DNA of 64,000 bases, from the NCBI GenBank assembly GCA_964035545.1, contig OZ037767.1:31450628-31514627 (forward strand), written 5' to 3'. Below the pieces are notes generated by a model that did not search any database, was not told the origin of the DNA, and saw nothing but the letters and a program-made list of their open reading frames with translations. Numbering within the stretch: position 1 is the first letter of the stretch; each line of letters opens with the position of its first letter. This document shows, piece by piece, positions 27,138 through 42,100 of the stretch. Source of the DNA: Bugula neritina. Lineage: Eukaryota > Animalia > Bryozoa. Position numbers and translations under genes: made by a program.

Positions 27138-30100
27138 TTAAATATCCGTCTGCACATAGCTCAGGGGGCGAGTGGATCGTTTGATTTTACTAAGGACGGA
27201 TTTGACAGCCATTTCTTCTCTCTTTAGCATTTCCATGGAAGGAAAGAACAAAGATGATTGGTTGTATTTTGGCAGCATAAGACGGCTGTCGGGAACTATA
27301 TTCTCACTCTCCTCGTTACCTGAAACATGTACAACTTATTAGTAAGAGAGGACAACTGCGAAGAGCTAGTAGAGTATACAATACACACGACTATAGAGAG
27401 AGGACAACTGCGAAGAGCTATTAGAGTATACAATATACACGACTACAGATAGAGGACAACTGCGAAGAGCTAGTAGAGTATACAATACACACGACTATAG
27501 AGAGAGGACAACTACGAAGAGCTAGTAGAGTATGCAATACACACGACTATAGAGAGAGGACAACTACGAAGAGCTAGTAGAGTACACAATACACATGACT
27601 ATAGAGAGAGGACAACTACGAAGAGTTAGTAGAGTATACAATAAACACGACTATAGAGAGAGGACAACTACGAAGAGCTAGTAGAGTATACAATACACAC
27701 GACTATAGAGAGAGGTCAACTACGAAGAGCTAGTAGAGTATACAATACACACGACTATAGAGAGAGGTCAACTACGAAGAGCTAGTAGAGTACACAATAC
27801 ACATGACTATAGAGAGAGGACAACTACGAAGAGTTAGTAGAGTATACAATAAACACGACTATAGAGAGAGGACAACTACGAAGAGCTAGTAGAGTATACA
27901 ATACACACGACTATAGAGAGAGGTCAACTACGAAGAGCTAGTAGAGTATACAATACACACGACTATAGAGAGAAGACAAGTAGTTTACATGTAGAGTATA
28001 TATTCACCATTTGGCATGTAGCTGCTCACTGGTCGTGGTTTCCGGCTGCCACTTCTGGTAGGGGGTGTCATGGGTACGCCCGCACTGATGCTACGTGTAG
28101 TATCTTTAGACTCTGTGGGTGGTGCAGGCGCAGACTTGGACGGCTGCAGATACTTCTTGTGGGCCTGCTTAGACTTGCCCCCATACTCTATGTTAGCATA
28201 GGTGGGGTGGAAAGACGTGGGCTGGGCGGGCACCCGCGGTACAGAGTAGTGATGGCTATAAAAAAGTAGGCTACTAGTGAGGAGGCAATTCTCAATTCAT
28301 AATAAAGAAAATGCCAAACAATTTAGGTGTATTAAAAATAAATTATAATTTAAAACCAGGTCTATTAACCTGTGTTCAACAATTGTATAAAACCTAATAA
28401 AACATAAATTGAATTATTTTTTGATGCTTGCAGCTTTATCACACGAGTTTATATAAAGTCAAATAGAAGCGTCTATAGAAGAAACTTTGCTGTTGAAGAG
28501 GAAACTATTGGCTGACCTTTCACTGTTCATACTGATGCTAACTAACTCTGGTTTAGACGGTACAGTCAGCTTACGAGGCAGATGGACCTCTTCGTTCTCA
28601 TACACCCCCTTCATACACTCCTTGATGACAGCGTGATGCAACACTACTGGGAGGCCATCTGCAAGATGTAATGTTATATCTAGTATGTATATTATGTGTG
28701 TATAAAAATGTGCATACATATAATGTATATATACTATAATACAAAAAGTTGTGACCAACATATGTCTACAATGTTACATTACAGCCCACTTTAAGATCAT
28801 ATGTAAAGACAGTGTACTATAATGCTCTATATATTATGCACCAGTTAAACAGGTGACAGAAGCAAAGTGTATACAACTCTCAAATTAACTTCTCATACGC
28901 AGCTATTCAATTATAACAGAATGCAGTCACAAGAGATGATAACTTTCAACTAGAAATAACAGTGACCGGAGTGGATATTAGCTGAAACAAATATAAAGAG
29001 ACCGCACAGCTATTAAATGGCTTATAAAATATACATGAAATAGTTTCAGGTGCTAAATGAAGAGGTGCATACCAGGTGGGCTGTAAACCCCTTCAGTGGA
29101 GGTCTTCAAGAGAGTCGGTCTACCAATACTGTGGTCAGAGTGAGCTGAGTCAGAAGATGATGTCATCAATGACCCTGATGATGTCATATCCCCTGAGCCG
29201 AGTCCGCTGTCAAACTCGCTGTGAAGAGTTTCAACAGCTCGTCTGTAGCTCGGGGCCCGTAGCTTTCTGTCAAACGAAGCCGTCTGCGCCATTTTGTAGC
29301 TCGGAGCTCTTACAAACCCCGGTCCTTCGGTGTACGTGTCAAGGACCTTGTCCTCTGGCACAGTGTCACTGGTGCTGTTAGTCACGGAACTATTGGCTAG
29401 TCTGTAGCTAAAGTTTCTCCGCATAGACTTAGGTTCCTCAGAAAGAGAGCGAGGCAGATACCCACGAGGGGTCTCCTGGTGACTGCAGGCTAGTTTGTAA
29501 CTTGGCTGACGGATAAAGTTTTCAACTTGAGATTTGGGTGGAGTGGTGAGTACACTGCAGCTAGCGTATGGACTGACTGTGTCAGCTTGCGGGTGGGTTC
29601 CAGGGGTTGAGGTAATACTGTTAAATGTGCTCTCAGGTTGGGACAGAGGTCTAGAGAGAGGACGCTTCACCGTAATATCTGTAGAGGACATGCGCCGAGC
29701 TTCTTCTATCAGACTGTGTATCTTTTCTGTTTTCTCATTGGTTGAGCTCGTATTTAGCTTCAGTTTCCCTGGTGAAATACTTCGGCGTTTAGACTGAGAG
29801 GAGACAGTCGAAGTTTGAGCAACGGGTTTAGAAAGTTCCGAGTCTTTGGTCTGAGATTCTTTACTTAAACCCGCATTGATTTTAGAGAGTTTCCGGGGCC
29901 AAGACCCCATGTTGTCTAAGGTGGACAAGAGACCATTCAAATGTCCGCCAGAAGTCACATGATGCTTTATATTCCTCGGCAGAGATTTATATGACCTAGA
30001 TTCCTCCCCTTCCGCCTGTAGTGATTGGAGTGCAGCAGACTGACCTGCAGCAGACGTCGGAGTTATCTTCTGGTACTTGGTGCATCCATTTAATAGTCTA

Positions 30101-33100
30101 TACCTGAGTAGCTGGTCATGAGGTGCTACTTGGTCCCCAGATATCATTGCTGATGGTGATTTGACCGTCAAGTCGTGTTTGCTGAAGTTTGACTCTGCAC
30201 CAGTTGACTCTACAGGAGTGGAGGTCACGGGAGCCATCGCAGGTAACTTCACGCTGACAATTGACTCGACATCCGAATGTATGGTGCCAGTTTCAGCGTC
30301 GGATAAATCCTCCAACACCAGATCCAGCTCTGACTCGTACGTCTGAGAGCGAGTGAGATGTGATTGGCTGTCTTTAGAGACACTTCTTCTGGTTGGTGTT
30401 TGCTCAGCGAATGTCTCGTCATCATCTTCGTCCTCCGACAGCTTCATCACCAAAGAATATCTGCAAACAAACGATTTCACAGTAACTACTACTTTGTATA
30501 TCATCTATAAATCAACTTCAACTGAGTTTACAGGCTCTTAAACACATGACTGGTAATTCTTAAGCTAATGTTTGAATTTGTTCATCAAGTTTTTTAAAGC
30601 CTGAATAGAAAACTAACTGCTTAGTTTTCCCCTTCACTCTTCAATCTCACCTGTTGATTGTCCGACCGGCCTCCACCTTCAGTTGAACTCTCTGTGAGAT
30701 CTCCTCCGTCTGCTCCGAGTCTGGAAAACTGCCAAGAGAGCTGCCGTTGTGGTTACTAGTCGGGGTTTTAGCTGAGTCATTCAGAGTGTGGGTGGAGGTG
30801 TTTGTAGACGACCCCAGCAAAGAGAGCTTAGCAAACTCCTCTTCTAGATCAGGGCTATCGTCTAGAGTTTGATTGTCTGAAAAACAAAACTTCCAATTAA
30901 TAAAATAACTCCAAGTATTGACACGGCCATTTATACTTTGAAAATAAAAATTAATGTCTAGTACAATTTATGATATGATATGATTAAGGTAATACTTAAC
31001 ACAAGTACCAACTATCAAATATGAAAGTAAAGATAACTGTACAGAAATTCAGGCATTTCAACATAGGTAGGACAATTCTTAAGATACAAATTCACGTTTA
31101 TAAGTTAATGAAACTTAGTGGAAACGCTGTTATAACCGTGTTGCCATTTACCTTGTGTCAGATGAATGTCCGTGTGCATTGTGGTGAAGAAGCCATCTTG
31201 ATCAACGGAATAGAGACTGTTGGTCTCGTCCAACGTAACAGGTGATCTCATTTCCTCAAGTCTGTAAGACAAATAAACAAGTTGGGTGTGTGAGTCATAG
31301 AGAAGACAACTCTATTGAAATTCAGTTGTTATATAGATAATAATATAAAACAGTCGGTGGTAATGATAGATACTTTACAGCAGTTATTTAGCTGTACATA
31401 TAATATAGAGGAGTATATTTACAGTTTAATGCCTTTTCAAGCAAAATATACAGTAATGCAATTAATCAAAGAGAAAATGCTATGGGATATTTTACAATAC
31501 TAATGGAAGTGATGAATTATCATAACAATTACACTCATATCACTAGAAGTCACAGTGAGTGTGTGAGAGTGTGACTATCATATTCACATGGAGATTATGG
31601 TGATTATTCATGTTAGATTTTAATTAGCAGAGACTTTACTCTGTGAAGTTTGAACTGAGAAGATTTGAAATTCATTGCTCTCTGTAGAAAAGAGATTTAT
31701 TCATTTTAACAGACCTAGTCAACTGAGAGCTTTACTGCCCTGGTAAAACTAGTGAAGAAGAGACAGGATTTGCTGACTATGAAAATTATAATACAACAAT
31801 TTTCAGAATAAATTTCTTTCACATGCATACTTGAAGAATTTAGCCTGAAATGAAAATGTGATGACACCAAGTCACTCGAAGTTGCCAATCCATCCTGAAG
31901 CAAACCTGGGCAGTATAAGTTCAAATTTTCCTACACTAAACTTCTAAGGCATGATGTATTCAACATTATGAAACTCAAAGTAAATTATATTTAGAGTTTG
32001 AATTCGTTTGTTAATATTCAAAATATTTAATATAGGTATAGAACCTTTTATGGAAAAGGATCAGTTGTCACCCCATATAAAATTTGTAATCCATTTTTTG
32101 AGTTTTGGTTAATTCTTCAGTATATGCAAGAGTAACACCACAATCTAAAGTAATTATTCTATGCGGTATTCATATAGAATTATATTATTATAAAAAATAG
32201 CACATTAAATCACTGTGTTTAAAAAGCTCACAAACATACATCTGAAGTCTATATTACGTTTACAATATTGTTTGTCCAAGTATCTCTAAACACTGAACTG
32301 TCACGATTTACCTTATCATCTCTATTTCATGTGAAACACTTCAATTCCAAACTCATATTAATTAAGCTATTATCACGGGGTCTGGGAGTCTATATCAATA
32401 TTGATATAGGTAAGACTAAGTGGGTTTTACCTTTAGCCCACTTCAGCTATAAAAGCAATAAAATCATGACGATTGGGTGGGCCGTTCACTCGCCCGAACT
32501 TGGTACTGGGTAGCTAAAGAATAAAGCTAGTTTGACCGCAATTAGGTGGAGAGCAGTGCATGCATTCCTAACCTGAGGGGGTACTAAATGGTTTTCTATA
32601 TCTTATAGTGTTATAAAGACCTAGAAACTTACAACAATGCATTATATATACACTGACATTATATAACTTTACACTATCATTAAATACTTCACAATAAAAT
32701 CTTTAGTGAATAGGAAGTTTGGGAATAAATTATTACATTATACACCTACGAAATGAGTGGTGAAAACAAGGATGTATTCATGTTGTTTTTATAAGAAAGT
32801 TGCACCTATTAGCCGCTGACTACACAGGTGCTGCCTAAATGTGCTCACCTTGTCTCAGCTTTCACACAAAATTTGTTTGTAAATATTTAGTTTGCAGGGA
32901 AAACAACATGACAGTTGGAGTTAATTGATGTGTTGGAGTGTAAACAAGCACTTGCGACCACCTGTAGGGCATGTAACTGTGACCACGTGTAGGGCATGTA
33001 ACTATGACTATCTTTCACTCAGCATGCCACAAATATGCATAAGTTGTGAGGGGACCCATGCACTAGGCATTGGAGGTACAAATGGAAAAGCAAACTTTAC

Positions 33101-36100
33101 ATTTTACATCTCCCTAGACTACAATCTATCCCAAACTTAATTGCCATCCTTGTGATATAAAATATTGTGGATTAAGTTATATTCTCAGCTACATTATACA
33201 CTATAATTATCAAAATTAGATCATTTTGAAATATTAGGCGTATGTAGTCCTTTGAATGAGCATGAAAGGGGGAATAAGATGGGAACCCCCTTTGCAGTAT
33301 GTAAAGATGTCTACAAGCTGATGTCGGGTCCCATGTTGAGGGGTTTCTTAACCTGCCACTCCTTAAGGTGGAGGACCACTTGACAGTCGTAGAGTTGTCG
33401 AATTGATTTGATTAGTTAATATTACTAGTCACTAGCTGTCTTAGTTATCATTCACTGCCTACTACATCAAAGTGAAGATAGAAAAAGAAACTTTTTAAAA
33501 AATTCACACAGGGCAGGCCATGACTAGCTGAAGAAATATTTTAAAAACATGGTGCTCCATCTGTTGTGAAAATATAGGTCAATTACACACCGACCCATCC
33601 TACGCAGAGGATTTTACCACAGAACCTAAGATATATTTCAAGCAGCACAAGATTGTAAGAAACTAGTCTAGAACTGAGTTTAATTCCGAGACAGGTTCAA
33701 ATATGTGCATACTTCAGGGTAATGTTTCGCTCATAAAACTGCCACTCCTTTTTCTCACACTTTTCTGTCAGACAAATTCTTGATATACACAAATAGCACA
33801 CTTTATAATACATTATACATAGTCACGCGCAGTTAGTCCTAATACATAGGAGTTGCGTTATCATAAACTCATACAGTCTAAATATTAAGTTTAGGAGCTA
33901 CTAGGTTGACACACAGATAAAAAACCTGAACTAGATAAAACGCATTCAATCTTCAGGTAATTCGGATCTAAACTGTGTACTGTAAAATAATTTTGCAAAT
34001 TAACTCAACTTGGTGTTTACGTTCAAGTTTTGTGTATATTATTCTAACATGAAAAACATTACATAATACACAAATGAACAAACTTGAAGTTATCCTACCA
34101 TGTCTGAAATGTTATTCCACAGGAACTGTAACTAGCGTAAACATGGTGACTGAGTATCGAGGGCTGATAAGTATTGATTGATAGAATCATGCCGGCCATA
34201 ACAAAGTATTAATTTCATGAAAGATGTACAGCCAGGTAATCAATAACCTCAGGAAAAGCTCTTGAAAGACAACAGCTTAACAAATGGTAACAATGAGTGA
34301 ACAAAACCAGAGCTAAAAGATGCCATTGGGATTACTCATTTCCATGCTGTATTTTATTTGGAAAAATATTGTTAATTTGCTACAGGGGCAGTTTAGCTGA
34401 TCTTCTATCCTCACTGTGTATATGTTGAGCTGGGTGAATGCCCCCAGGTAATCATATCCACTACAGTGGCGCCTAGCAAACAAATTGTCTACTAAAACAC
34501 ACTTTAATCAATATTATTTAAATTTCCTGCATGCTTTGAAATAGTCTCATCTGTATGAATATCTAGCACATTATTATCTGTGTACCACTTCACCTTAAGA
34601 ATCAAAATTTAAGCAAACAGGTATTAATACAAAGTATGTTACTATATCTAAGATATCAATTAATATAAACCTAAATCCTTTAAAGACTCAGTCACATGAC
34701 TTTTAATATTCCTAGCGAGACTGGCAGCAGACGTTTAGCAACTAGCAGACTATATTCAAGAAAGAAAGACAGCCAGAAGTTGCATAACTGAGCTGCATGA
34801 TATAGAGAATAGAGTATATATAGAATAGAGTATATATAGAGAATAGAGTATATATAGAGAATAGAGTATATATAGAGAATAGAGTATATATAGAGAATAG
34901 AGTATATAGAGAATAGAGTATATATAAAGAATAGAGTATATATAGAGAATAGAGTATATATAGAGAATAGAGTATATATAGAGAATAGAGTATATATAGA
35001 GAATAGAGTATACATGGAGAATAGCGTATATATAGAGAATAGAGTATATATGGAGAATAGAGTATATATAGAGAATAGAGTATATATAGAGAATAGAGTA
35101 TATATAGAGAATAGAGTATATATAGAGAATAGAGTATATATAGAGAATAGAGTATATATAGAGAATAGAGTATATTATATAGAGAATAGAGTATATAAGT
35201 TATGAGACATTCTATAGAACATTCTAGATACTGAAATATAAAGAGTACGACAACTGCAATACAACCGATGGTCAAACAAATCATAAGGACCTGTTATTAA
35301 AATCCTAACGATTATGACTATCAGTGGAATATTACACATTCACTCTCAAGTGCTATAAACACTATTATAGACTTACTAGACAATTGTATAGACTGGCAAT
35401 ACTATTAATAATTCACAAGCATATTCAGTTCTATAAACACAGTAGCTGGCCACAGTTTAAATTTCTAAGCAAAAAGGATTAAATATTCTTTTAAATTTTT
35501 AATGTCTCAGACTTCTGCTAAAACAAGTCACAGTTGAAATGAGAACAGATTGCTGTGACTTTCATGTGACAGTCACATGACACATTCTCCCGTCTCTGGT
35601 TTAGAAAAAAATCTCAAAACTCAGGTGGAAGGAATTGTTAAAAGGAAGTTGCCCACCCATAAGTTAGACTACCACAAGCCCATTATTCTATAGCCATACT
35701 TTTTCTAATCACCAATAGTACTGCTAACACTCCTAGCAAAGTATAACACTAGTAGTGCTAACTCTACTCTACTCTAACTCTACCAGAGTCGTTACAAGAC
35801 ATAGTTTAATACAGCATTTCGGGAAATTCAGTTTCCATATAAATCTTTAGCCTCAAAACCTGTTACTACATTTGCTAGGATTGAAAAGGCCACTACATCC
35901 CAGACCAGAGGTACAAATAAATATTGACTCAGACAGTGTAGAGTAACAGGAAGTAGAAACAAGCCACACCCACCTTGAGTCAGTGATGTCAGCGCCAAGA
36001 GCTGAGTCGCGGTCAGCTGACAGCCGAGAGAGACGCTGCTGAGAAGTAGAGCTGAACAATCCATCAGAGTCCATAGAGAACCTTTCGCTGCCACTCCATC

Positions 36101-39100
36101 GACCTGCAGCATAGTTAGTAATGTGTCAGCATAGTTAGTAATGTGTCAGCATAGTTAGTAATGTGTCAGCATAGTCAGTAATGTGTCAGCATAGTTAGTA
36201 ATGTATTGGAGAAACAGAGCTTTAGTGATACAGTTAAAAAAAAACTCAACATATTTCACTTGATTTTCAAAAAAACAAATTTTTAAAAAAGGACTCAAGA
36301 GCAAAGGAACTGGACATGTATTAAACTACAGTTTAGTGATTACTTGACACTCACATGATGCGCACGTTGTCAAAGCTAGAAAAAACCGCCTTGGCATTGG
36401 TGTGATCAAGAAATATGGTAAAACAGCCTCCACGATAGTAATTCTAGATTCGGTGTGAGTGAAATATAGATTTGATGAATTGTTCAATGAAGACTGATCA
36501 ATGTTAATTGAGTTATAGCTGTATGAGTCAGCTAGCTCTAACAGGGTGCAGACGGATTTACTGCAAGACAGGTCAGTGACGTGCCTGGTCTACCCTGAGG
36601 ACATCGGAAGGGGTAAAGGGGTGGAGAGTGGGGGGGATACTAACTCAAAAGTGACTTTCAGACATGGAAACTTGCTACAAACAGTGAGTTTGTTCAACAG
36701 AAAACATAACTGTGAACACCAATTGAAAATCTGTAACTTAACATTTTAATGCAAGCCATTCTTCCAAAATTTAAGTAAATCCTTTGTTCTGGAAATAATT
36801 TTTACCGTAGCTAAAACTTTAAAGTTAAGAATATGCCTTCTCTTTCTTTACTATTATTTCTCTTAAACTAACAGTTGATCTATTTTTAGATATATTCCTA
36901 TATAAACCGTAGATTTACTCTGAATAATATAGATTAGCTCAGAATACAACATGAATGGCACACTGTGTTAAGCTTTATTAGCCACAACTTATTAAACTTG
37001 CCTGCAGAAGTATTAAAAGGAATTTATAATATAAGTTATTCAATATCAATTGGCAGCTATATTGTGAAGTACTCAATAGTACTTTAATACAGTCAATTCC
37101 ATTTACTGCATGTTTCTTAAATCTACTGTTTCATTTGACAAATCTACCTGCAGTCAATAAGCTGAAAATAAACCCCTAAGACTTTAGAACATTAATAAAA
37201 CACTTAGCAACTCCTAGTAGCCTTAGAGTTCTTACTTTGTGTGTTTATTTGGAAGAGTAGGAGGGGGCGGTTTATTTGAGAACACAACTGTTCATGTTTC
37301 AGTGCTTTTAAAAACTTAGAGTTTGTCGATATGTGACATAATTGTCATTAGAATGCATAGTTGAGATGTGAAGCCGTATGGAAATGGTGATAGAGTTTAG
37401 ATATGGTGAGATATAGTGAGATATGATGAGATATAGTGAGATTCCGTGAGATATTGGGAGAATCCTCTCACCAGAAGATGATGTCGTAGCTTTACTGTGC
37501 CGCTTTCTTAGAATATTGTGAGTAGAAGTGGTTGTGTGAACGGATAGCCTCTTCCCTTGTCTTCTCATAGCCTCTGGTCCATCGCTACTGCTAGTAAATA
37601 CTGTGTTGAGTGAGTCTCTAGATTGTGCCGCAGCAGTGGCAGTACTAGGTGGTAATGGCTTCTGTTTCTTTCCTTTACCAAAGAAACCTGCAACATACAC
37701 CACTATTTCTATGAATCACAACAATATTAGTTGATGTTAAAAATACCAGCATGCAAGTTGGAGAGGCTGGACGTGATACTCTGGCCAAGACAAGGAGCTC
37801 ACGTCTGGCACGCCTAACAAACCCACGATGGCTGAATCAGAATAGCCAGAAAAACAAACTGTGATTCAAATATTAAATTATCTGATACTATTTCATATTG
37901 TGACATGGAATGAATTTTAAGAGTAACAGCTGCTATGATAGTTGTAGCTAATATATAACATGCACAACACACCCAGTCAAATGTCAACCTATAAATGTTT
38001 GAAAACCATAATCCTATCAATGTCACAGCTGTGATACCCAGACAGCTGTATTATTCCATTTAATAAAGTGTTATATAATCTAATATAAATTACGAAATGA
38101 GATATTCAGACGTTATAGAGTGGGTAAATATAATGCTACTTTGTTGTATATTTAATTCTATCAAAATGAGTGTTATTAGTAACTGTGAAATAAATTATTG
38201 ATTCAAGTTGGATATTGTCTCTCTCTCTTTAGCAGCTCATGCTGAGATCTTGCTGAGTAAAGAGCAGAACACTCGAGTTTTATTCCTCTAATAAACCTTT
38301 GCTAGACCAAAGCTATGCACTACATTACTACCCCTTCCCCAGTAGTGCACTATACATTACTACCCCCTCCCCCCAGTGGTGCACTATACATTACTACCCC
38401 CTCCCCAGTGGTGCACTACATTATTTCCCCCCTCCCCAGTGGTGCACTACATTATTTCCCCCCTCTCCAGTAGCGCACTCTGTTCATCATTGTCAGAGAT
38501 TCTAGCAGTTTCTAGAAAGTTTTCTACCGAAGAATTCACACCAAGAATAAACTTTAAGATTTAAAGTCAGGTTTGGCAGTAAATGCTAAGCTTTTATCTA
38601 CTTCATTTTTTTCGTCACAAAACCAGAATAAAATTTTGTTAGAAAACAAGTAAAAAGAAAGTAATGACATCACGCTGCCTGAGAAAGAATTTTGAAGTAC
38701 GTTGATTACCGGTGAGAGTTCGAGATAGACTGCTGTATTTCCTGTCGTCTGCAGTGTGTACATTGTGAGATCGTTCTGCAGACACAGAGCGGGGCCTGCT
38801 CTTACCCACCCGCAATTTAGCATCTTCTAGGAGAGAGGAGGACTTGCTTCTCACTCTGTCAGTGATCTACAGAGAGGAATAATACAGTAACAAAATGTAC
38901 AGAGGTGTAATAATGTATAGTATAGCATCACAAATAGTATATATATATATAGTATAGCATGCAGTATAGTGTAGTATATTATATAGTATAGCATACAGTA
39001 TAGTGTAGTATATTATATAATATAGCATACAGTATAGTGTAGTATATTATATAGTATAGCATACAGTATAGTGTAGTATATTATATAATATAGCATACAG

Positions 39101-42100
39101 TATAGTGTAGTATATTATATAGTATAGCATACAGTATAGTGTAGTATATTATATAGTATAGCATACAGTATAGTGTAGTATATTATATAGTATAGCATAC
39201 AGTATAGTGTAGTATATTATATAGTATAGCATACAGTATAGTGTAGTATATTATATAGTATAGCATACAGTATAGTGTAGTATATTATATAGTATAGCAT
39301 ACAGTATAGTGTAGTATATTATATAGTATAGCATACAGTATAGTGTAGTATATTATATAGTATAGCATACAGTATAGTGTAGTATATTATATAGTATAGC
39401 ATACAGTATAGTGTAGTATATTATATAGTATAGCATACAGTATAGTGTAGTATATTATATAATATAGCATACAGTATAGTGTAGTATATTATATAGTATA
39501 GCATACAGTATAGTGTAGTATATTATATAGTATAGCATACAGTATAGTGTAGTATATTATATAGTATAGCATACAGTATAGTGTAGTATATTATATAGTA
39601 TAGCATACAGTATAGTGTAGTATATTATATAGTATAATACATAGTATAGCATAGTATATGCTATAGTATCGCAAATAGTATAGCATAGTATTGTAATAGC
39701 ATTTACATCCCGCAGAACTCAATATCTCTGCCTAAGTTCCACGCAATGATGAAAGCTGATGCGTGATTGGATACACAGCCATGACTATAAGCAGCAGATA
39801 CTTCTGCAGGATATAAATAGTAACTGACTACTGAAACACACAATAACAAGTGAATTGAAGAAAGAATTTAAACTTTTAGTGATAATCTGAGTCAGCAATA
39901 AATCTGTCAAACTACACAATGTAATATATGACATGAGCACTCAACAGGCTGCTGCTGCTGCTGCTGCTGCATTCCTGCTCATTAGTGTGATGGCTGGCAG
40001 CACTTGCAGTAATGAGACACACATTCTTACTATTGTGACATAACTAATACTAGTGTGACATGATTAATACTAATGTGACAAAATTAATACTAATGTGACA
40101 TAATTAATACTAATGTGACAAAATTTACACCAATGTGTCAAAGATATATATTGTAGGAATGGAAATCACGATACCCAATGCACACCCATTGCTGTAAACT
40201 TAAATACTTTGCATTTATAGCTTATGGAACATTTTCTACAAACTTTCCCACCACTCAGGCAGCAGAATTATCTGAGAGAACTTGTCAACATCCACGGAAA
40301 GGAGAATAACACTGCAGGCGGTAAAGAAAGTGGAAACAGGGAAACCCAAAGTACCTGATGTTCTGATTTAGACTTTCGGACTTTCTCCAGAGGTTGAGGT
40401 GATGGTAACTCGGTGTTGGGAGCTCCGTAAAAGTTGGTGTAAATCTTCTCATTGTTCTCGTTGAGGTATGCGCCTGAAACACAACAACCATCTGAGTAAT
40501 TCACAGGCTTAGTAAAATGTACTTCAGATATGAAAGTTGATGTGATGAAAGATTTTTCCTCATTCATCAGCGGTTACAGCATAGCTCTACCACCAGGAGG
40601 GCAACTAGAATAAAATAGCTCCTGCTTTGGTAAAACTTAATTGAATACAACTGTTGTGGTTTACGTTTCAGCAAGTACAATGGCTACAAAACTGTCAGAC
40701 TTATTTTTAGAAAGATAAAAATAGTATAAATCAGTGAAGGTGTGGATTAAAGAGAAGCAGATGATGGGTTGCTATAAAAATAAAACTTTTAATGAATGGA
40801 GTTGTTGAAAAGAGTCTTAACTGAATACAATAGGACACACGCACACTGAGCAGTTGAGTTAATTCTATTATCCATCATTAGATTACCATTAATACATTTT
40901 TACAAACATAATCCTTTGATTATAGCAAAGAGCAGGTGTGAAATACGAGTCTACACACCAGACAACCTATCCTACCCTCCCTAGAGGGTTCAATAGTGAA
41001 TAGAGTCAATCGGGTTCATCTTTATCAGCTTAATTACTACTCTTTATCGTAACTATTGTATAAAATAGAGTAATGACACCAGCAATTATTGGTACAGCGA
41101 TACCCTAGTGGAAATCTGTGACAGGAAGAACTGTAATCTGGAACTTTGGGATGATATATCTTATCGCAGTTGAGACTGTACTTTATAATGTCACTTGATT
41201 GACCCACACTTGCTCTGACATTTGATGAGAAATTAGTGCAAAGTTTACACAGTTGGGTGACTCATAATAGGTTGGGGATCAGTTTGACTCACCAGGAGTA
41301 TTTATGAAAGTGTTTTGGAGTCAGATGACTCAGAAAAGGAAATAAAAACTTAAACTCAAATTAAACAAACTACCAACTGAATTGTTGAGTCAGAGTAGAA
41401 TATTCAGAGTAGATTGAGGAAGATGTCACCAACCTGGTTCAGAGACTATCAGTGAGTGCTGTGGGTTGATGTCGTAGAAGTCAGGAGGAATGAGGGTCTC
41501 CCTAGATTTAGCTCTGCCAATATTTCTTGGCAAAGATTTGGAACGGCGTACCAACTTCTTAATGACTGACACTTTCTTTTCCTTGCTCTGGGATCTGCTA
41601 TAAGTTACAATAGCTAAGTGGTCTAGTAAAATAGTATAGAGAAGATTTTAAGCTGCATAGATATATAAACAGGAGTTGCAGATGAAATAAAGTTTATAGA
41701 TTTTATTAAAGTATCTCTCTCATGTAATTAAATTGACGGAAAGTACAAGTGTTGAAGTTAGCAAGCTGCAGTGTACATCACACTAATTGTTTTAATAGAT
41801 CTCACAAATTTCTTTTAACTTTAATTGATTTGTTAATTAAAAGATATCAAGTTTAGACAGTTTCATTCAAGTAATAAAAGGTTTGGTAAACGATCTTAAC
41901 ATCTAGTTTCAGATTTCATAAGCAACTGAGTATTCTTTGAATAGAGCTCAGAGAAAGAGATTCTATCTATGAGTATAGAAGAGCTCAACTGTCGGCCGAA
42001 CCTCTCAGTGTTGTAGAGCTCAGCATTGTCCTCTATGTAGAGATCAGGGTCCTTCCGCTTACTCTGCTTGCGAGATTCGTGTATGCTAGTCTCGAGTAAC

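Noticed and set aside
27346-27975. Regular 52-bp array as a possible CRISPR array
   Set aside because: The units are contiguous with no unique spacers, the array is in a eukaryotic intron, and there are no cas genes.
34692-35284. Long repetitive ORFs (YILYSL / IENRVY / IYTLFS)
   Set aside because: They are translations of an 18-bp intronic minisatellite, with no splice or codon evidence.
36540-36680. GC-rich intronic segment as an additional NHS-like coding exon
   Set aside because: Candidate acceptors give stops or a phase mismatch. The flanking exons join directly to form the conserved SSSGRWSG motif.
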